From Amphiscolops sp. MND2022 (lineage: Eukaryota), in NCBI GenBank assembly GCA_964187785.1, contig OZ076411.1:52452001-52516000 (forward strand): a stretch of DNA of 64,000 nucleotides. Direction: 5' to 3'. The translations under genes and the position numbers were made by a program. Position 1 is the stretch's first letter. The number at the start of each line of letters is the position of its first letter. The notes beneath the pieces were generated by a model. It saw only the letters and a program-made list of their open reading frames with translations. It was not told where the DNA came from and ran no database searches. Positions 34,602 to 48,390 of this stretch are shown piece by piece.

Positions 34602-34801
34602 NNNNNNNNNNNNNNNNNNNNNNNNNNNNNNNNNNNNNNNNNNNNNNNNNNNNNNNNNNNNNNNNNNNNNNNNNNNNNNNNNNNNNNNNNNNNNNNNNNN
34701 NNNNNNNNNNNNNNNNNNNNNNNNNNNNNNNNNNNNNNNNNNNNNNNNNNNNNNNNNNNNNNNNNNNNNNNNNNNNNNNNNNNNNNNNNNNNNNNNNNNN
34801 N
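34602..34801. other. Assembly gap (200 N)
   Basis: A run of exactly 200 N suggests a placeholder size, so adjacency across it is unproven. Confidence 0.99.
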
Positions 34802-34839
34802 GAAGATGATCTGAGCCATTTTATTACTCTATTGAAGCC

Positions 34840-35838
34840 TCAGAAGTTTCTCATGTAATTATAGATCTGTTGGTTGTTGGTAAATCTAAAGGGCTGCTGG
34901 GTAAAATTTTGATTGATTTGATTTGCATATCTTCTGACATTGTGGTACTGACTTCGACTCCAGTGGCTTTGTTGACCAGTTAATCTCAAATTTCCATCAC
35001 TAGTGAGTAGTAGGAATGATAATAGAGAGTTTTTCAAGAAAGGTAGTCCGAGGTGGTCGTTGAAATGTATATCTTCGTACAAGAGTGCATTGTAGTTTTC
35101 CATAGTTCTCATTGTTGCAGATAGGGGTAGTAGAACCGTTTTCAATTCTTGTACGTTTTCATTGCAAAAATGTTTCATTTGCTCATTGTATTGTTGTATT
35201 CGTTGGTTTGCTGCTTCATTTGACATTGATGCCCATATTGGCGGTACCTCACATAATAGAATTCTGTCAGGTTTGAATTTCGAGTGTACTTCGCGTATAC
35301 GAGTGTGATAACCTTCGAAGAGTGCATCTATTGCTTCCTTTTCATTTTCCAAAATACTGTTCGTACCATCTTGTATTGCCACTGTTTTTAGTTGTTTTTC
35401 AGGGTACTTCGTCAAAACGGTGTTTTTTTCAGTAGTTGATGCAGGATATGTGTGGATACCGATGTCAGTAGGTATGCTACCATCGTTAACAATTCGTTTT
35501 ACCAAACTGCTGCCAATTACCAAATTTTTCACTTCAGGTTTGAGGAAAATTGGTTGAATGTCTCTAACCTTTCGTTCTGCTGTGTTACCTGTACTTTTGT
35601 CGTTTCTCCCTGTGGAAGAACCCAAGATGTCCAGCTTGTTTTCCAGGTTTGTAATAAAAGTAGAAAATATTGGATCTTTTTCATCATATTTTTCGTAAAT
35701 TGACGTGTACAGATTGGACGCTTCTGCTTTAGAAAGGCTTTGAAAAGCTGTTGAGGATAACATAGTGTTGTCTGCAACGCTTGGTGAATGTCGAAGTAAA
35801 TATTCCGAACATCCATTGTAACAAAAATTGAGGCTCAT
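34840..35838 (-). CDS. LINE ORF1-like protein with an SGNH/GDSL esterase-like domain
   Basis: Blocks LVIGSSLV (GDS-like), QDGTNS (GTND-like) and EDIHFN (DxxH-like). Same strand as, and upstream of, the LINE ORF2 at 34412, across the gap. Esterase ORF1 is known in CR1/L2-group LINEs. Confidence 0.78.
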   Translation of the reverse strand: MSLNFCYNGCSEYLLRHSPSVADNTMLSSTAFQSLSKAEASNLYTSIYEKYDEKDPIFSTFITNLENKLDILGSSTGRNDKSTGNTAERKVRDIQPIFLKPEVKNLVIGSSLVKRIVNDGSIPTDIGIHTYPASTTEKNTVLTKYPEKQLKTVAIQDGTNSILENEKEAIDALFEGYHTRIREVHSKFKPDRILLCEVPPIWASMSNEAANQRIQQYNEQMKHFCNENVQELKTVLLPLSATMRTMENYNALLYEDIHFNDHLGLPFLKNSLLSFLLLTSDGNLRLTGQQSHWSRSQYHNVRRYANQINQNFTQQPFRFTNNQQIYNYMRNF

Positions 35839-35892
35839 GAAACTTTAGCTACGGTAATAGTATTGCATAATCTGTTTTGAGGTCAACTGTAT

Positions 35893-36018
35893 TGTAATGG
35901 TTTCGGTCGTTGTGTAATGGTTTCGGTCGTTGTGTAATGGTTTCGGCCGTTGTGTAATGGTTTCGGTCGTTGTGTAATGGTTTCGGTCGTTGTGTAATGG
36001 TTTCGGTCGTTGTAATGG
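35893..36018 (+). repeat. 20-bp minisatellite (TGTAATGGTTTCGGTCGTTG) x ~6.3
   Basis: Head-to-tail units with no spacers and one C variant near 35947. Confidence 0.95.
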
Positions 36019-36099
36019 CCTATGAAGTCTGTCACTTCGTTGGTCCTTAAAAACGAAATGCCTCTACGAAAAGCGCCGACTAAAAAACAGAACCGACGT

Positions 36100-36632
36100 C
36101 CAAAGCATCGAAAAGATTTTACGGATCCCCCTTTGGTTAAGGTTCTTGGTGTTTTTCACTTGGATTTTTTCGGCATTATGAGACTTTTTCGAAATCTTTC
36201 TGATGGCACCAAAAGGCCCCCCTTTCAATTTTGCAACAGAATGAATGTTAAAAAATCCCAAAGGGTCATCCTTTTACATTTTTCAGCAGTTACATCGTTC
36301 AAAAATCTTTTTTGATTTTTTTCCAAAAATATTTAATGTCTTCAAATAGCCCCTTCTTCTTTTCGATGTTTTGTGACAAACTGGATTTTCCAAAAGCCCC
36401 CTTTCTTTTAATTTTCGGCTTTGTGAGACTTTTCAAAATGATTATTTTTTGCAACGTTTTCCAAAAGCAAAATTCCGATTTTTTTTCAAAAATGGGGAAA
36501 AGTGGTTTTCGAGTCTTATCAAGCATGAAAGGCATTCTTTTAGTGTCTAAAAACTGTTCTAGCATACTTTAAAAACTTTGCGCTTTTTGATCCTTAGGTG
36601 TAGCGCCGACTTTGGTCGTTCCCGTTTTGTTA
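36100..36632 (-). mobile_element. Further copy of the AAACAAGACGGGAACG...AGTCGGCGC repeat family
   Basis: Reverse complement of the family 5' end at ~36595-36632, with internal TCTCAyAAtGCCGAAAA subrepeats. A plus-strand 3'-end motif AAAGCGCCGACTAAAA is at ~36070. Confidence 0.55.
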
Positions 36633-37287
36633 GTTCTTTGATATTGCTCTGCAAACAGGCGAATTTTCCAGAAAATCCAGTAGATACTTGAAAACGAACT
36701 GATGTTGAATGAAAACATACAGAAATAGAGAGCATAAAACTTCACGAAGCATCTCCCAAAAATCTATTAACTTTCCCTGGCAAGCTATAACAAGCCGAGA
36801 ACACACCAATTCCGGGCCTCGCTTTGGCTGAAAAATCAAATAATTTTAGTGGCCGTTTGTAGACTAAAAGAGCCCGATTATTACATTGACTCGTTGTTTT
36901 CTTTAAGGCAGACTAGAATGCGACGAATTTTTGGTTTAGGTTGTTCAACTAAACGAATACCTCGGAAACAAATCTATTTTATAGCAAAGGGTACCCTTGT
37001 TTCGGGGTAGCTTTCAAGCTACAACGGGGGAACTCAAAAACGAATTCGAACTAGAGTGATTGAGCGAACCAAAAGTTAGAGTTCAAGCTTTTAAGATTTG
37101 AGTCTTGTCTTAAGGCAAGCGGACTGTATTTGAAAACGTTTATTGACGGTATGAATGGAAAACAAATGATAAGAATCTGGATATATATGGTGAATGGTTG
37201 TTGACCGGATTTTGGGTAACATATTTGGCCCTTACTGCCAGAAAGTAACAAAAAGCTATCTGCAGGTTGTTTACAGACATGTTTATA

Positions 37288-38594
37288 CAATCGAAGCTAT
37301 CTATAACGCACCCTCCAGGGGCCGACTAAAACGTTACGTAATAGCGAAACTACGTTATAGTGAATATATATCAATATAAAAATTTCGGTAGATCAAGCAC
37401 TGAAAAAGTCAGTTATTATGGTCTGTCTTCTTTTGCTTGCGATTCTGAGTTCGCGTTGATTGAACAACTCCTGGGCTTCTTGAAGTTCTTCGTGCATTCC
37501 TTCAAGTTCCAAGAATCAAACAGTTGTGAGGATGCTTTCAAAGGTTTCGTTGTTTAAAGGAACTTCAATTTCACAATGTTCACCGTCGTTTTCGGGGACT
37601 CCACAATGCTTCACCTTCCTCAGCATCCTTCGAAATCTGCGCAAACTTATCCAAGTTGTCCACATCAAGTTCGTGCTCGACTTTTTAGACTTCGCAATCA
37701 TTGTTAATGACTGTTTTTTTCCTATCACTGAAGCTCCAACTTACAGATTTACACGTACTTTTATTGATCTTTGACCCCGCAGAGACTTATCCGAAGCGTG
37801 CTCACCGCTCACGTAGCAGCCGTCACGTCCTTCGGTGAAAAAAAGCCAGTTTAATCCCAATTAGAAATATCAGGTCTGTAAGTGTCAAGGAAGCAATTCA
37901 AGGTGTTTCCCCAGATTGCAACAGGGTTTTCGTCCACTTTCCTACCCTCTCCGTGAAGAATCTTGAACTTTCGTAAGTATTCTCGACGGCCCAGGAAATT
38001 TTTGATTTTCATAACGTTCTGCTATGATTTTTGACTGCTCCATAATGTTTTCTCCACTAATTTTCACTTTGTTTGCAAGCATACGCACAAACCATTCATA
38101 AAGACAGTCGTCTGGGAACGGACTGTCACCTTTCAAGATTCTTTTTTGGGCCATGGTAGTCAAATTTCCTTTCAAATGCCAAATAATGTCATCTTTCTTG
38201 GCCGAAATTGTGTTCAGAGATGCAATTGAGTGAAAATTGAAATGTTTCTTGTATAGAAATCTTGCCTCCAGAGTCGTTTTTGCACTGAGAGTACGCCTTG
38301 ATATATGCATATTTTGATCAAGAGACTTTGTTGCACGTTTCCTAATTGTAGGAGGCCACATCTTAACGTTTAACGCGTAGTTGTGAAAGAAAACATGTAT
38401 TTTATTTGTCTGACGTTTTATTGGATGCTTTTCAAGGTATCCGATTTTTTGTCCCCGAGACAGTTACAAAATGGCGAGACTTGCTTAATAACGAAGCCAC
38501 GCTACGGTGAGAACTTGCTATACTCTGGATGTTCAATGGGCCAGCCGAGCAATTACGCAATACTGGCGATTCGTTATAGAGAGGCTAGACGATA
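37288..38594 (-). mobile_element. Internally deleted pogo/Tigger-like DNA transposon
   Basis: CENP-B-type HTH fragment (KRILKGDSPFPDDCLYEWFVRMLANKVKISGENI, 37942-38361). Tigger-like tail KRRQTIITDFFSA* near 37395-37440. Degenerate TIRs share CTATAACG, with TA at 37286-37287. Confidence 0.65.
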
Positions 38595-38829
38595 TACGTG
38601 TACATGATTCGTAACTATTATACAAGAAACGTGAGCAATATTGGGTCAAAAATAAATGAGCAGTAATCGATTTAAACCGGATTAAGTAAAAAAACAAAGG
38701 AACAAACTAAACAAAAAAAATGCCGTCAAGGATTTCACGGGTTCGAAAACAAAGACTGATCCACTGTGCCAAGTGAACTGAAAATTAATGGACGATCAAT
38801 ATGATGTCATTTCTTCATCAATTGTATAC

Positions 38830-40130
38830 GTTTACCACAAGAACTATGTATAAATCATCAATTGTTTAAAGACATGGGTGAATTCGTGACCTAGCTTCAC
38901 TTGTATAACTCGACCAAAACTCCGCGGAGTTTTGGAATGCTGTCGTCTGTGATCAGCACTACGTCATCAACTGAGACATTTGCATGTTCTTGTCGCCATT
39001 TGCCTCGAGGTTGATGTGATGCAAAATAATTAGAGGACCATCGCTTCCAGAATTGATAGGGCAGTCATTGGAGACCGCGGAATCTTTTCACGTGGCCGGC
39101 ACACAAGGTTGCAGGATTGCACCCCTTTGGCCACCATTGACTATGATTGTCGTATTGAGTGCAAGGATGTCATCTGGGTTAATTGTGATAGCCGTCAAGT
39201 GACACGTTTTCTATTTGGCAAAGATGGTTGTCATCTCGTATATTAGAATGGAATTGCCCATGCCCTTCGCAAGTGGTGTTTCATCGACTTCACCGCTGCT
39301 TCCAATAATCAGCGAAAATTGGATGTTTGAGGAGGTATGGATACCCAATCAATGCTGCTGAATGCTTGTACCCCTGCCCGAACCCTTTTCGCAATTTTGC
39401 TGAGGTCACGTTCTGCACAACGAAGTTTGTTGAATTGTGTCACACGATTTGACATGATTTGCCTCGTCTTGCAAAGAATTGTGTCAGAACTGCAATCAAA
39501 GCATCTGATGTTAGTAATGAAACTGCTTCTAGATAAACATCTTTCCATGCCAAACAGTTGAAACATTCAGTTCCACTTTGAATGTTAGAGTTCCTGCGAA
39601 GTCGAGGCCTACACAAGTGAAAGCACGTTTGGGAGCCTCGATGCAGCTGGAGTGTAAACCACCCATGAGCCGCTGCGTTGACACTGAGTTGAAGCGAAAG
39701 CACGTGACACACTTCTTGCTGACGCTTTCTTCTTAGCTTGAAGGACCGAGATGTGACTTCTCATTTCTGCCACTGTTGCTGTGGGGCTACCATGAGTTGT
39801 TCGACCGTGGGCATCGTTGATTGCAAGTGTTGACAGTTTGCTTCGATGCGACACCAGCAGAGGGCCATTGGGTGTCTATGGGCCAATCTGCGGCCGACCT
39901 TGATGGCGCATGATGCTGGTGTCCATGGACGGATTGAGGGTTGCCATTGAGCTCTTCAGGTAGATGGATTCACTTTTTGAGAGGGCTCGGAATTCAGTTT
40001 TGGAATGCACCATCTGATCTGCCTCGACCACCGCATACCAGGAGCAAGCCAATTCCTCCCGACCAAAGAACGCCATAAGATCTTTTTTGATTGCTAATTT
40101 GCAAGGCACAGGGTTTTCAATAACTTCACT
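38830..40130 (-). pseudogene. BEL/Pao retrotransposon integrase and C-terminal fragment
   Basis: CLAWKDVYLEAVSLLTSDAL and YQFWKRWSSNYF...KWRQEHANVSVDDVVLITDD, frameshifted. Boundaries approximate. Confidence 0.8.
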
Positions 40131-40949
40131 AGTGAGTTGAAACTCTCTAAACCTACTGGAGATTCACTGAGCGAAGTAAACACTGTCATTCATTTGACTT
40201 GTTGGCGGGATTCGTCCTTGGTGAGGAGAGTTTGATGTCAAAAATTATGATCCCAAACACGATGGTACTTGAAACCAGAACTTAGTGGGAAGTGGAACTA
40301 ATTGAAACTACATGTATCTTCGCAGTATTACCCTATCCTCGCAGTTTTTTGTGAATAGAATTGTTAGATTTCTCATGCTTTTCAAAAGTGAAAAATCTCT
40401 TAACGTCTAGTTCTCAATGGATCAGAAACAGGAGGGCATGGACTTTGATTTTAGCATATAAAAACAGGTATTTTGTGTTTCCAAAATGATCATGTAATGT
40501 GTTGCTAAATGTACCTAAGTGAATCCATTAAAAATGATTCCCGGTCAAAAGAATGGATAACGAATAAAATCAAAATGAGAATTCATTAAAGGGACTCTTG
40601 GTTTCAAAAGTGGGTTTCTGAAGACTTGGTTGAGAAACATGCGCTCCATAAAATGTCGTGATGACTGCACTAAATTAGTTCGGGATTGTAAAAAAAACAA
40701 TTCAAAGTACACTAGGAGATAATCCATATCCCAAAAAGTTGTATGAAACACGCCAAAGTTGAACGAATCAAGCAGGAGACAACCTTTTACTGCCAGATCC
40801 TAAAATCCCAAATGAACATTTTGCTTCTATTGGTACCTTTTTGTCCTCAAAACTATGCCAGCAACATGAATAAAGTCAATTTCAAGAAAACACTGCACAA
40901 TGTTTTTTATCCTACTGGGGAATATCAACTGGAAGAGAATCTGAAACAA

Positions 40950-42300
40950 ATGAAAAGCAAAAAAGATTCGGTCATTATGGAATCACCAATGGAACTTCGG
41001 AGTGTTGCTCACAGATAATGAAATCCTTTCTTTGTAAAAAATTCAAAATCTGTTTCGAACGCGGGGGTTATCCCTAGTTCTTTTAAAATTGCAAAAAATT
41101 TTCCAATTCAAACAAGAAAGTCGCAATTGTCCGGCGAACTATCGACCCATCGGTATTTTTAATTCACTGTGTAAAGTGTTTGAAACGTTGTCGTACAAAC
41201 GAAGGAATTTTCTGCACCATGAACTCACACTTGTACATAATGGTTTCAAACCGGAAACAACTTGCCTCTATGTCATCTTGTCAATACCAAAATTTATGAA
41301 ACACGGAATTCAAAAAAAAGATAGAAAACAAACGATTGTGCTGGCAATTTCCATCGATTTACAGGAAACCTTCGCAGTTTGATGAAGAAGGTTGAACAGT
41401 ATGGCCTTCGAGGGAAAACTCAACAGTTGATCAATCTTTTTTGCCAAATAGATGGCAAAACATTAATGCGAATGACTCCAACACTCATTAAATACAAGTA
41501 GAAACTAGTGTACTTCAAGGATCTGTTGTTTGCCTCTTTTTTATTTTCCGCCCACAAACAATGGGGGAAGAAAATCATGATATGTGTTGCGTTTTTTACC
41601 GAATTCTGCCAAATCGCCACAATCTCCATCCACCACTTTTCTGTTTTAATAGTTATCAGTAACTGAATTAATCGAGTGGTAAGTTCAACCAAATCTCGAC
41701 GATCTTCATTCACTTGGCGTTTTTAGTTACTTGACTATTTCAGTTACTATCAATCACTAGGTTGTGGGTTCGAATCTCGCCTTCGTCTAATTGTATTTGA
41801 CAAGGCGGAAGATATCCCAGGATTTAGCGGGCGTCTTGCTGTTTTTGTTATGTTTTAATGATGTGCCCAATATATTCGAAAACAATTCGGTTGCAATGTT
41901 TGCATATGATACAACATTCAAAATCTCAGTGAAACGGATTGACATAATACTACCCCACGATATATGTCACACATCAAAAGGCCTAACACGTGTTTGTTAG
42001 GATAGATAAACGTAAAACAATGTATTTTCATTGCGTGAAACCATCCAACATACTCATTGACAGTACTGCTTCGCTTACAAAAATTCTGTAGAATTTCAAG
42101 CTGTACACATTGACACCATGACATTCCGAGAGAAAATTTCTGTTGATATTCTACAAAGAGATTGCTGATTCTCAGGAACAAACATTTTCTCCTGATATAT
42201 GGCACAACTGCTGCTAATTATAATCTGATGAAAATGGATAATGCATAGCGAAAAGATATTGGAGCCAAATTTTCAGTACACAAAGTTGAAACAGTATCTT
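40950..42300 (+). pseudogene. Decayed LINE RT fragment
   Basis: ANYRPIGIFNSLCKVFE, ISIDLQETF, FNDVPNIF...AMFAYDTT in shifting frames. Confidence 0.7.
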
Positions 42301-42802
42301 AAATATTGGTGGCCAATAATTTGTACAAGGTTTTTGAAGTCGTCATAGTTCGAACGTTGAAAGAGCGTTTCAAGGAGCTACAGCTCGAAAGAACTATCTG
42401 TACAATGCATTAGAACAATCTGAGCTTCGTAAACGTTAACCGTGTTGAGTTTCCTACCATTAGTTTTGAAGCATTCGTCGCAACTCCAGGCCAAAACACT
42501 TATAGGCCAAAACGCTTACAGAAATTAGCTCCAAATTTTTTGGTAATTATGATGAACTTCTTTAATGTACTACTTTTAAGTCAGTTCTGTAACTGCGCAA
42601 TGTAGTTTTCACTTCCTAAAAATGATGCTTCCAATTGTTGTTTTTTAGTTGGTAATGCTCAAACTCAGAGAGCAATTGTTGGATGTTGAAATAGCATTTG
42701 ATATCTTACATAGATTTACCTTTTTCGTCCAATAAATGAAAGTAAATTTCCTTCTTCCTTTTAATCAGGAAAAGTTTTGTTTGTTTTACCTAGAAAGTTT
42801 TC

Positions 42803-45800
42803 ACCTTTGGAAAGTTCTTGTTTTGAGAAATACCGAAAAAAACGATGTACCTTTATCTTTCTGATTCCATTAGCGCCAGTGTACTTTCAAAACGACGTTG
42901 CTGCTAGGTGCTCAGCAACTTTTTTTGAATCATTCACTAGAAAACTTTGCACAGTTTGCATGAGACAGACAAAAGACTGTAGTTTGAAGTCTGACGTTTG
43001 ATGAGCGTTTTAAGAAACAAAATTTTTTTTAGCGGTTTTGTATTAAGTTTGTTTTCGATCCTGTCGGACGTGTTTGAAAAAGTTCCACAACCAACTGTTC
43101 CTTTCTCCTCGAACCAGTGGGAGGCCTCTGTTAGATTTTTAGGCGATGAAGAGAATCATTGAAAAACACTCTACACAATGGCTACAATTGGTTGACTAGT
43201 ACAGATCTGCATCCCTCTATCCTTACCACCTTAACTGATTTTCAAAGAAAACGGAACCGCATCTCAAAACTATCTGTAATTTCTACATCAAAGGCAATTA
43301 GGACTTGAAAAACTTGTTTTTCAATTGAATTAGTGGTTGAAACAGGTCTTGTTTCTTCATTTCGTTACTCAAACTTACTTTGTTGTTAACCTTTTTTTAT
43401 CTTATGTGAAACATAATTCACGTGATGACCAATATTGAAAATAGTTTATTAGATTGCCGCATAATTGTTTCTCAGCGCAGAAATCAGACGAGCTCTATAA
43501 ACTTTTTCTCTGTCCTTTTTAGAGGCTATCAATATACATACAATGTATATAAACTTGATATTTGCTATCTATATCTTTTGATATCTCGATAAAAACGCTT
43601 CTTTTTCTGAAGGCCGTAATGACTTCATTTGGTTAGCGATAAATTGGTCAGCCAGTCGAAAAGTTCAAATGACTTGATATAGCTGATGCCGAGTTTTTGG
43701 TGTCATTAAAGAGTTCACTCCTTCAACCACATTATTGGCTTTTGATTCATCTTTTTATCAAGGACATGTCATTGTAAAATGCAGCTTTGGTTTTTTGAAC
43801 ATTAAACCTAGGTTGGTTTTCTCATTGCGAGTGACCATAACCTTTCCAGTTTTTGGTGAAGATTGTGGGAACGGTTTGTTGTATTCTAATGCTAGGGTTA
43901 AGAAAAGACAAAGTTCCTAAAACAATGTTATTTTTAGAGCATCTGTCTAATGAAAAGTCTAATGTATTAATGAACATAATGCATAGTCTTCCAATTCCAG
44001 GTTGTTCACCAACGAACTGCTTGTATGCTGGGCACTGGAACTTTGAAGAGTTTGGGACAGACAACCGTATAAAACGGTCTTACTGCATCTGCACTTCAAT
44101 TTTCGATCACATTGCTTTTTTGTTTTCAGTTCTACGCAAGGAACAATTCAGTTTTCCTACATTCCTAGGACGATGATTCGTTCCTTTTAATATTCAATGT
44201 ACAGCATCAAATCTTTGTTCACAAATCTGTACTAGCTTAGTTCTTTGTAAAAGAAACTAAATTTGAATCATTAACTTTACTTCCTGAAAGTTCCAACAAC
44301 AATGACTAATGAAAATGCGGGTTAAAATCATCAGTAGATATTTCATATGCAAAGTAAGGAAATGATTCATCAAGGATTTTCAAGTATTGAACATATCGCC
44401 CGCCTTGATTTCCTCTACGCAAATCAATCTGATAGCAAGTCAGTAGCTTGGCAGTGGAAGATTCCGCAATTTAGAAACAGCTCGGTTATATTCTCTACTC
44501 CCAATCTTTATTTTGATAACCTTTACAATAGAATTTGGCCCAAGATGAAGTTGCTTGACATGTCCCAATGGCCATTGTAAAGGTGGAACTTTATCGTCAG
44601 TTATGTACACTAGATCTCCAAACTTTAGAGAAGAAGAAACCTTTGGAAAGATCTTGTTTTGACAATATACCGAAAAAAAAAACGATGTATCTTTATCTTT
44701 CTGATTCCATTAGCGCCAGTGTACTTTCACAACGACGTTGCTGCTAGGTGCTCAGCAACTTCTTTTGAATCATTCTCTAGAATACTTTGCACAGTTTGCA
44801 AGATACAGACAAAAGACTGTAGTTTGAAGTCTGACGTTTGATGAGCGTTTTAAGAAACAAAAACGTTTTCTTAGCGGCTTTGTATTAAGTTTGATTTCGA
44901 TCCTGTCGGTCGTGTTTGAAAAATTTTCACAATCAACTGTTCCTTTCTCCTCGAACCAGTAGGAGGCCACTGTTAGATTCTTAGGCAATGAAGAGAGTCA
45001 TTGAAAAACACTCTACGCAGAGGCTACAATTGGTTGACTAGTACAGATCTGCATCCTCTATCCTTACCACCTTAACTGATTTTCAAAGAAAACGCAACCG
45101 CATCTCAAAACTATCTGTAATTTTTACATCAAAGGCAATTAGGACTTGAAAAACTTGTTTTTCAATTGAATTAGTGGTTGAAACGTCTTGTTTCTTCATT
45201 TCGTTACTCAAACTTACTTTATTGTTAACCTAATTTATCTTATTTGAAACATAATTCACGTGATGACCAATATTGAAAATAGTTTATTAGATTGCCGCAT
45301 AATTGTTTCTCAGTGCAGAAATCAGACGAGCTCTATAAACATTTTCTCTGTCGTTTTTAAAAGGCTATCAATATACATACAATGTATATAAAGTTGATAT
45401 TTGCTATTTATATCTTTAGATATCTCAATAAAAATGCTTTTTTTTCTGAAGGCCGTCATGGCTTCATTTGGTTAGCCAAAAATTGGTCAGCGAGTCGAAA
45501 AGTTCAAATGACTTGATATAGCTGATGCCGAGTTTTTGGTGTCATTAAAGAGTTCACTCCTTCAACCACATTATTGGCTTTTGATTCATCTTTTTATCAA
45601 GGACATGTCATTGTAAAATGCAGCTTTGGTTTTTTGAACATTAAACCTAGGTTGGTTTTCTCATTGCGAGTGACCATAACCTTTCCAGTTTTTGGTGAAG
45701 ATTGTGGGAACGGTTTGTTGTATTCTAATGCTAGGGTTAAGAAAAGACAAAGTTCCTAAAACAATGTTATTTTTAGAGCATCTGTCTAATGAAAAGTCTA

Positions 45801-46443
45801 ATGTATTAATGAACATAATGCATAGTATTTCAATTCCAGGTTGTTCACCAACGAACTGCTTGTATGCTGGGCACTGGAACTTTGAAGAGTTTGGGACAGA
45901 CAACCGTACAAAACGGTCTTACTGCATCTGCACTTCAATTTTCGATCATATTGCTAAGGAACAATTCAGTTTTCCTACATTCCTAGGAGGATGATTCGTT
46001 CCTTTTCATATTTAAAGTACAGCATCAAATCTATGTTCACAGATCTGTACTAGCTTAGTTCTTTGTAAAAGAAACTATATTTGAATCATTAACTTTACTT
46101 CCTGAAAGGTCCAACAACAATGACTAATGAAAATGCGTGTTAAAATCATCATTAGATATTTCATATGCAAAATAAGGAAATGAATCATTAAGGATTTTCA
46201 AGTATTGAACATATCGCCCGCCTTGATTTCCTCTACGCAAATCAATCTAATTGCAAGTCAGTAGCTAGGCAGTGGAAGATTCCGCAATTTATGAACAGCT
46301 CGGTTATATTCTCTACTCCCAATCGGTACTTTGATAATCCTCACAATGGAATTTGGCCCAACATGAAGTTGCTTGACACGTCCCAATGGCCATTGTAAAG
46401 GTGGAACATTATCGTCAGTTATGTACACTAGATCTCCAAGCTT
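42803..46443. repeat. Diverged tandem duplication of a ~1.84-kb unit containing the 3' end of a BEL pol and its downstream region
   Basis: 42803-44628 matches 44639-46443. Paired ORFs at 43735/45574 and 43822/45661. The second unit runs on into the BEL pol. Confidence 0.9.
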
Positions 46444-48390
46444 TAGATTGGGGACTTCATTTCTACATTTACTTCTTTCTTGGAAACTAGCGACGAACTC
46501 TTTACTCCATCGCTTCCAGAAATGTGTCAATTTTGCTTGAATACAAACCCATCTTTTTTCGAGTTGCAATGCGAAACTGAGATTGCATCTTGACTAACTT
46601 CTACTGTTGATGGCAAAGCTTCCAACTTTGCACTCATACACAAATCTGCTGGAGTGAGTGGTAATTCATCTTTAGGATCATCACTCAGAAAACTGATGGG
46701 GCGAGAAATCAAGACAATTTCAATCTGACAAAAAGTGCCTGCAATTCTTCACAGTTTAGGACACATTTGCCCATGACACGTCGCAGGTGCTTTTTAACGT
46801 TTTTCATGGCCGCTTCAAGACACCGAAATGAGGAGCTCTGAAAGGAATAAAAGTCCAAACGACTGAAAATCCCGCTAGAAAAGCCAGCAAGGAATCAATG
46901 TGATTGGCCACGAGTAGTTTTTGTAGCTCTTTTAGCTCTGCTTGCGCTCCAGTGAAATTTGTTCCGTTGTCGTTGAATATTCATTTGGAATATTCATTTG
47001 AAATAAATCTTCGTAGTGCAGCAATAAAGGCTTGCAAACTCAAGTCGGACACTAACTCAAACTGCACAGCATGGCTGGCAAAACAAATGAAGAGTGCCAT
47101 ATAAACTTTGGCCTCCTTCGAGCCTCCTGTTTTCCACAAAAATGGTCCTCCGAAGTCAATGCCAACATCTTGCAATGCTCTAATTGTAACTTTTATTCTT
47201 TCTTTCGGCAAGTCACCCATCAGGGGATTAATGGCTTTAGCTTGGAAGCGACAGCATGGTACACAGTTTGTATGCATGACTGTTTATCGCATCAAATTTG
47301 CACAACTGGGAATCCAATGTTTAGTTCTAACAAGAGCGAAGATTTAATTGGGCCCAGTATGTAATGTAGCATGATGAGAGTCCAGGATAATAAAATTGGC
47401 TACGTTGCTGTGTTGAGAAATGAGTGATTATTGGGGAAAAGTGAGAAATATTTAGCTTCATCGATGAAGTTACCATTAGCTAAGCGTCCTCCAACACAGA
47501 AAATTCCATCATTCAGGACGGGGTACAGTTTTTGACTTTTTGCTCGAATTTTTTTCATTGTGGACCAGCTTGAAGCGTTTTAATTTCATCAGAGAAGAGT
47601 TTTGCTGCTCCTGTACAAAAAGAATGTTCATGGCTTCAGTTAGCTCGCTGCTTGTGATAAAACTAAGATAACTGACTTTATATTTACAGAGGAATCGCTT
47701 GACGTAAGCAACATTTCAGAGTGTTCTTTTCAGTGAATGTTGCGCTCATAAATCAATAAAATCTTCAGATTCTGCAACTTGAGACACGTTAACCAAAACT
47801 TTTCGTTTCAGTTCCTATTTCGTTGTAGGTATAACCGTTTTCTTCGGCAGTGCGCCGGAAATCAACCACTCAGGTCCCTTCCACCATAAATCTAATCGTT
47901 TCAAACTGGAAGGGTCTACTCCCCGGGATGCACAATCCGCAGGATTTTCATGAGAAGGTATATGATTCCATTTCAAATTAGCACATTCCTGAGTTTCTGC
48001 TATCCTATTAGCAACAAATGTAGAACACCTATTCGCTTATCGGTTCAGCCAACTAAAAACAATGATAGAGTCCAGTCCGTCCACGCAAATTTATTGTTAA
48101 CATTCAATTCCATACTTTGTAAGGATTTAATTACTGACTTCAAAAGTTGACATCAAAGTAGAGCAGCACAAAGCTCCAACCGAAGAATGGATTTTGATTT
48201 CATCGGGGCTGCTTTTGATTTTGCGACAAGTAAAGTTGACCTTCGCTTACCGTTGTTCTGCGAGACTACGAAAACACAAGCTGCATAACCGAGCTCCGAA
48301 GCATCACAAAATACATGGAGGTGAAATATATCCAATTGCTCCTTTCTCAGAACGAACCGATCCAATTCGATCTTTTCAATACAACATTAC
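46258..48390 (-). pseudogene. BEL/Pao pol 3' half (RNase H-like/peptidase A17 region, integrase, C-terminal domain)
   Basis: LHVFCDASELGYAAC...LRLELCAALL, GIDFGGP...FICFASHAVQFELVSDLSLQAFIAALRRF, FWKRWSKEF...LGDLVYITDDNVPPLQWPLGRV. Multiple frameshifts. Confidence 0.92.

Noticed and set aside
34499-34858. ORFs spanning the N run
   Set aside because: Artefacts of translating the 200-N gap.
35893-36018. CRISPR-like array
   Set aside because: The 20-bp units are head-to-tail with no spacers, there are no cas genes, and the context is eukaryotic. It is a minisatellite.
41670-41785. tRNA gene or SINE head
   Set aside because: A-box-like CGAGTGGTAA and B-box-like GGTTCGAATCT are ~85 nt apart with unrelated repeat between them; no acceptor or anticodon stems.
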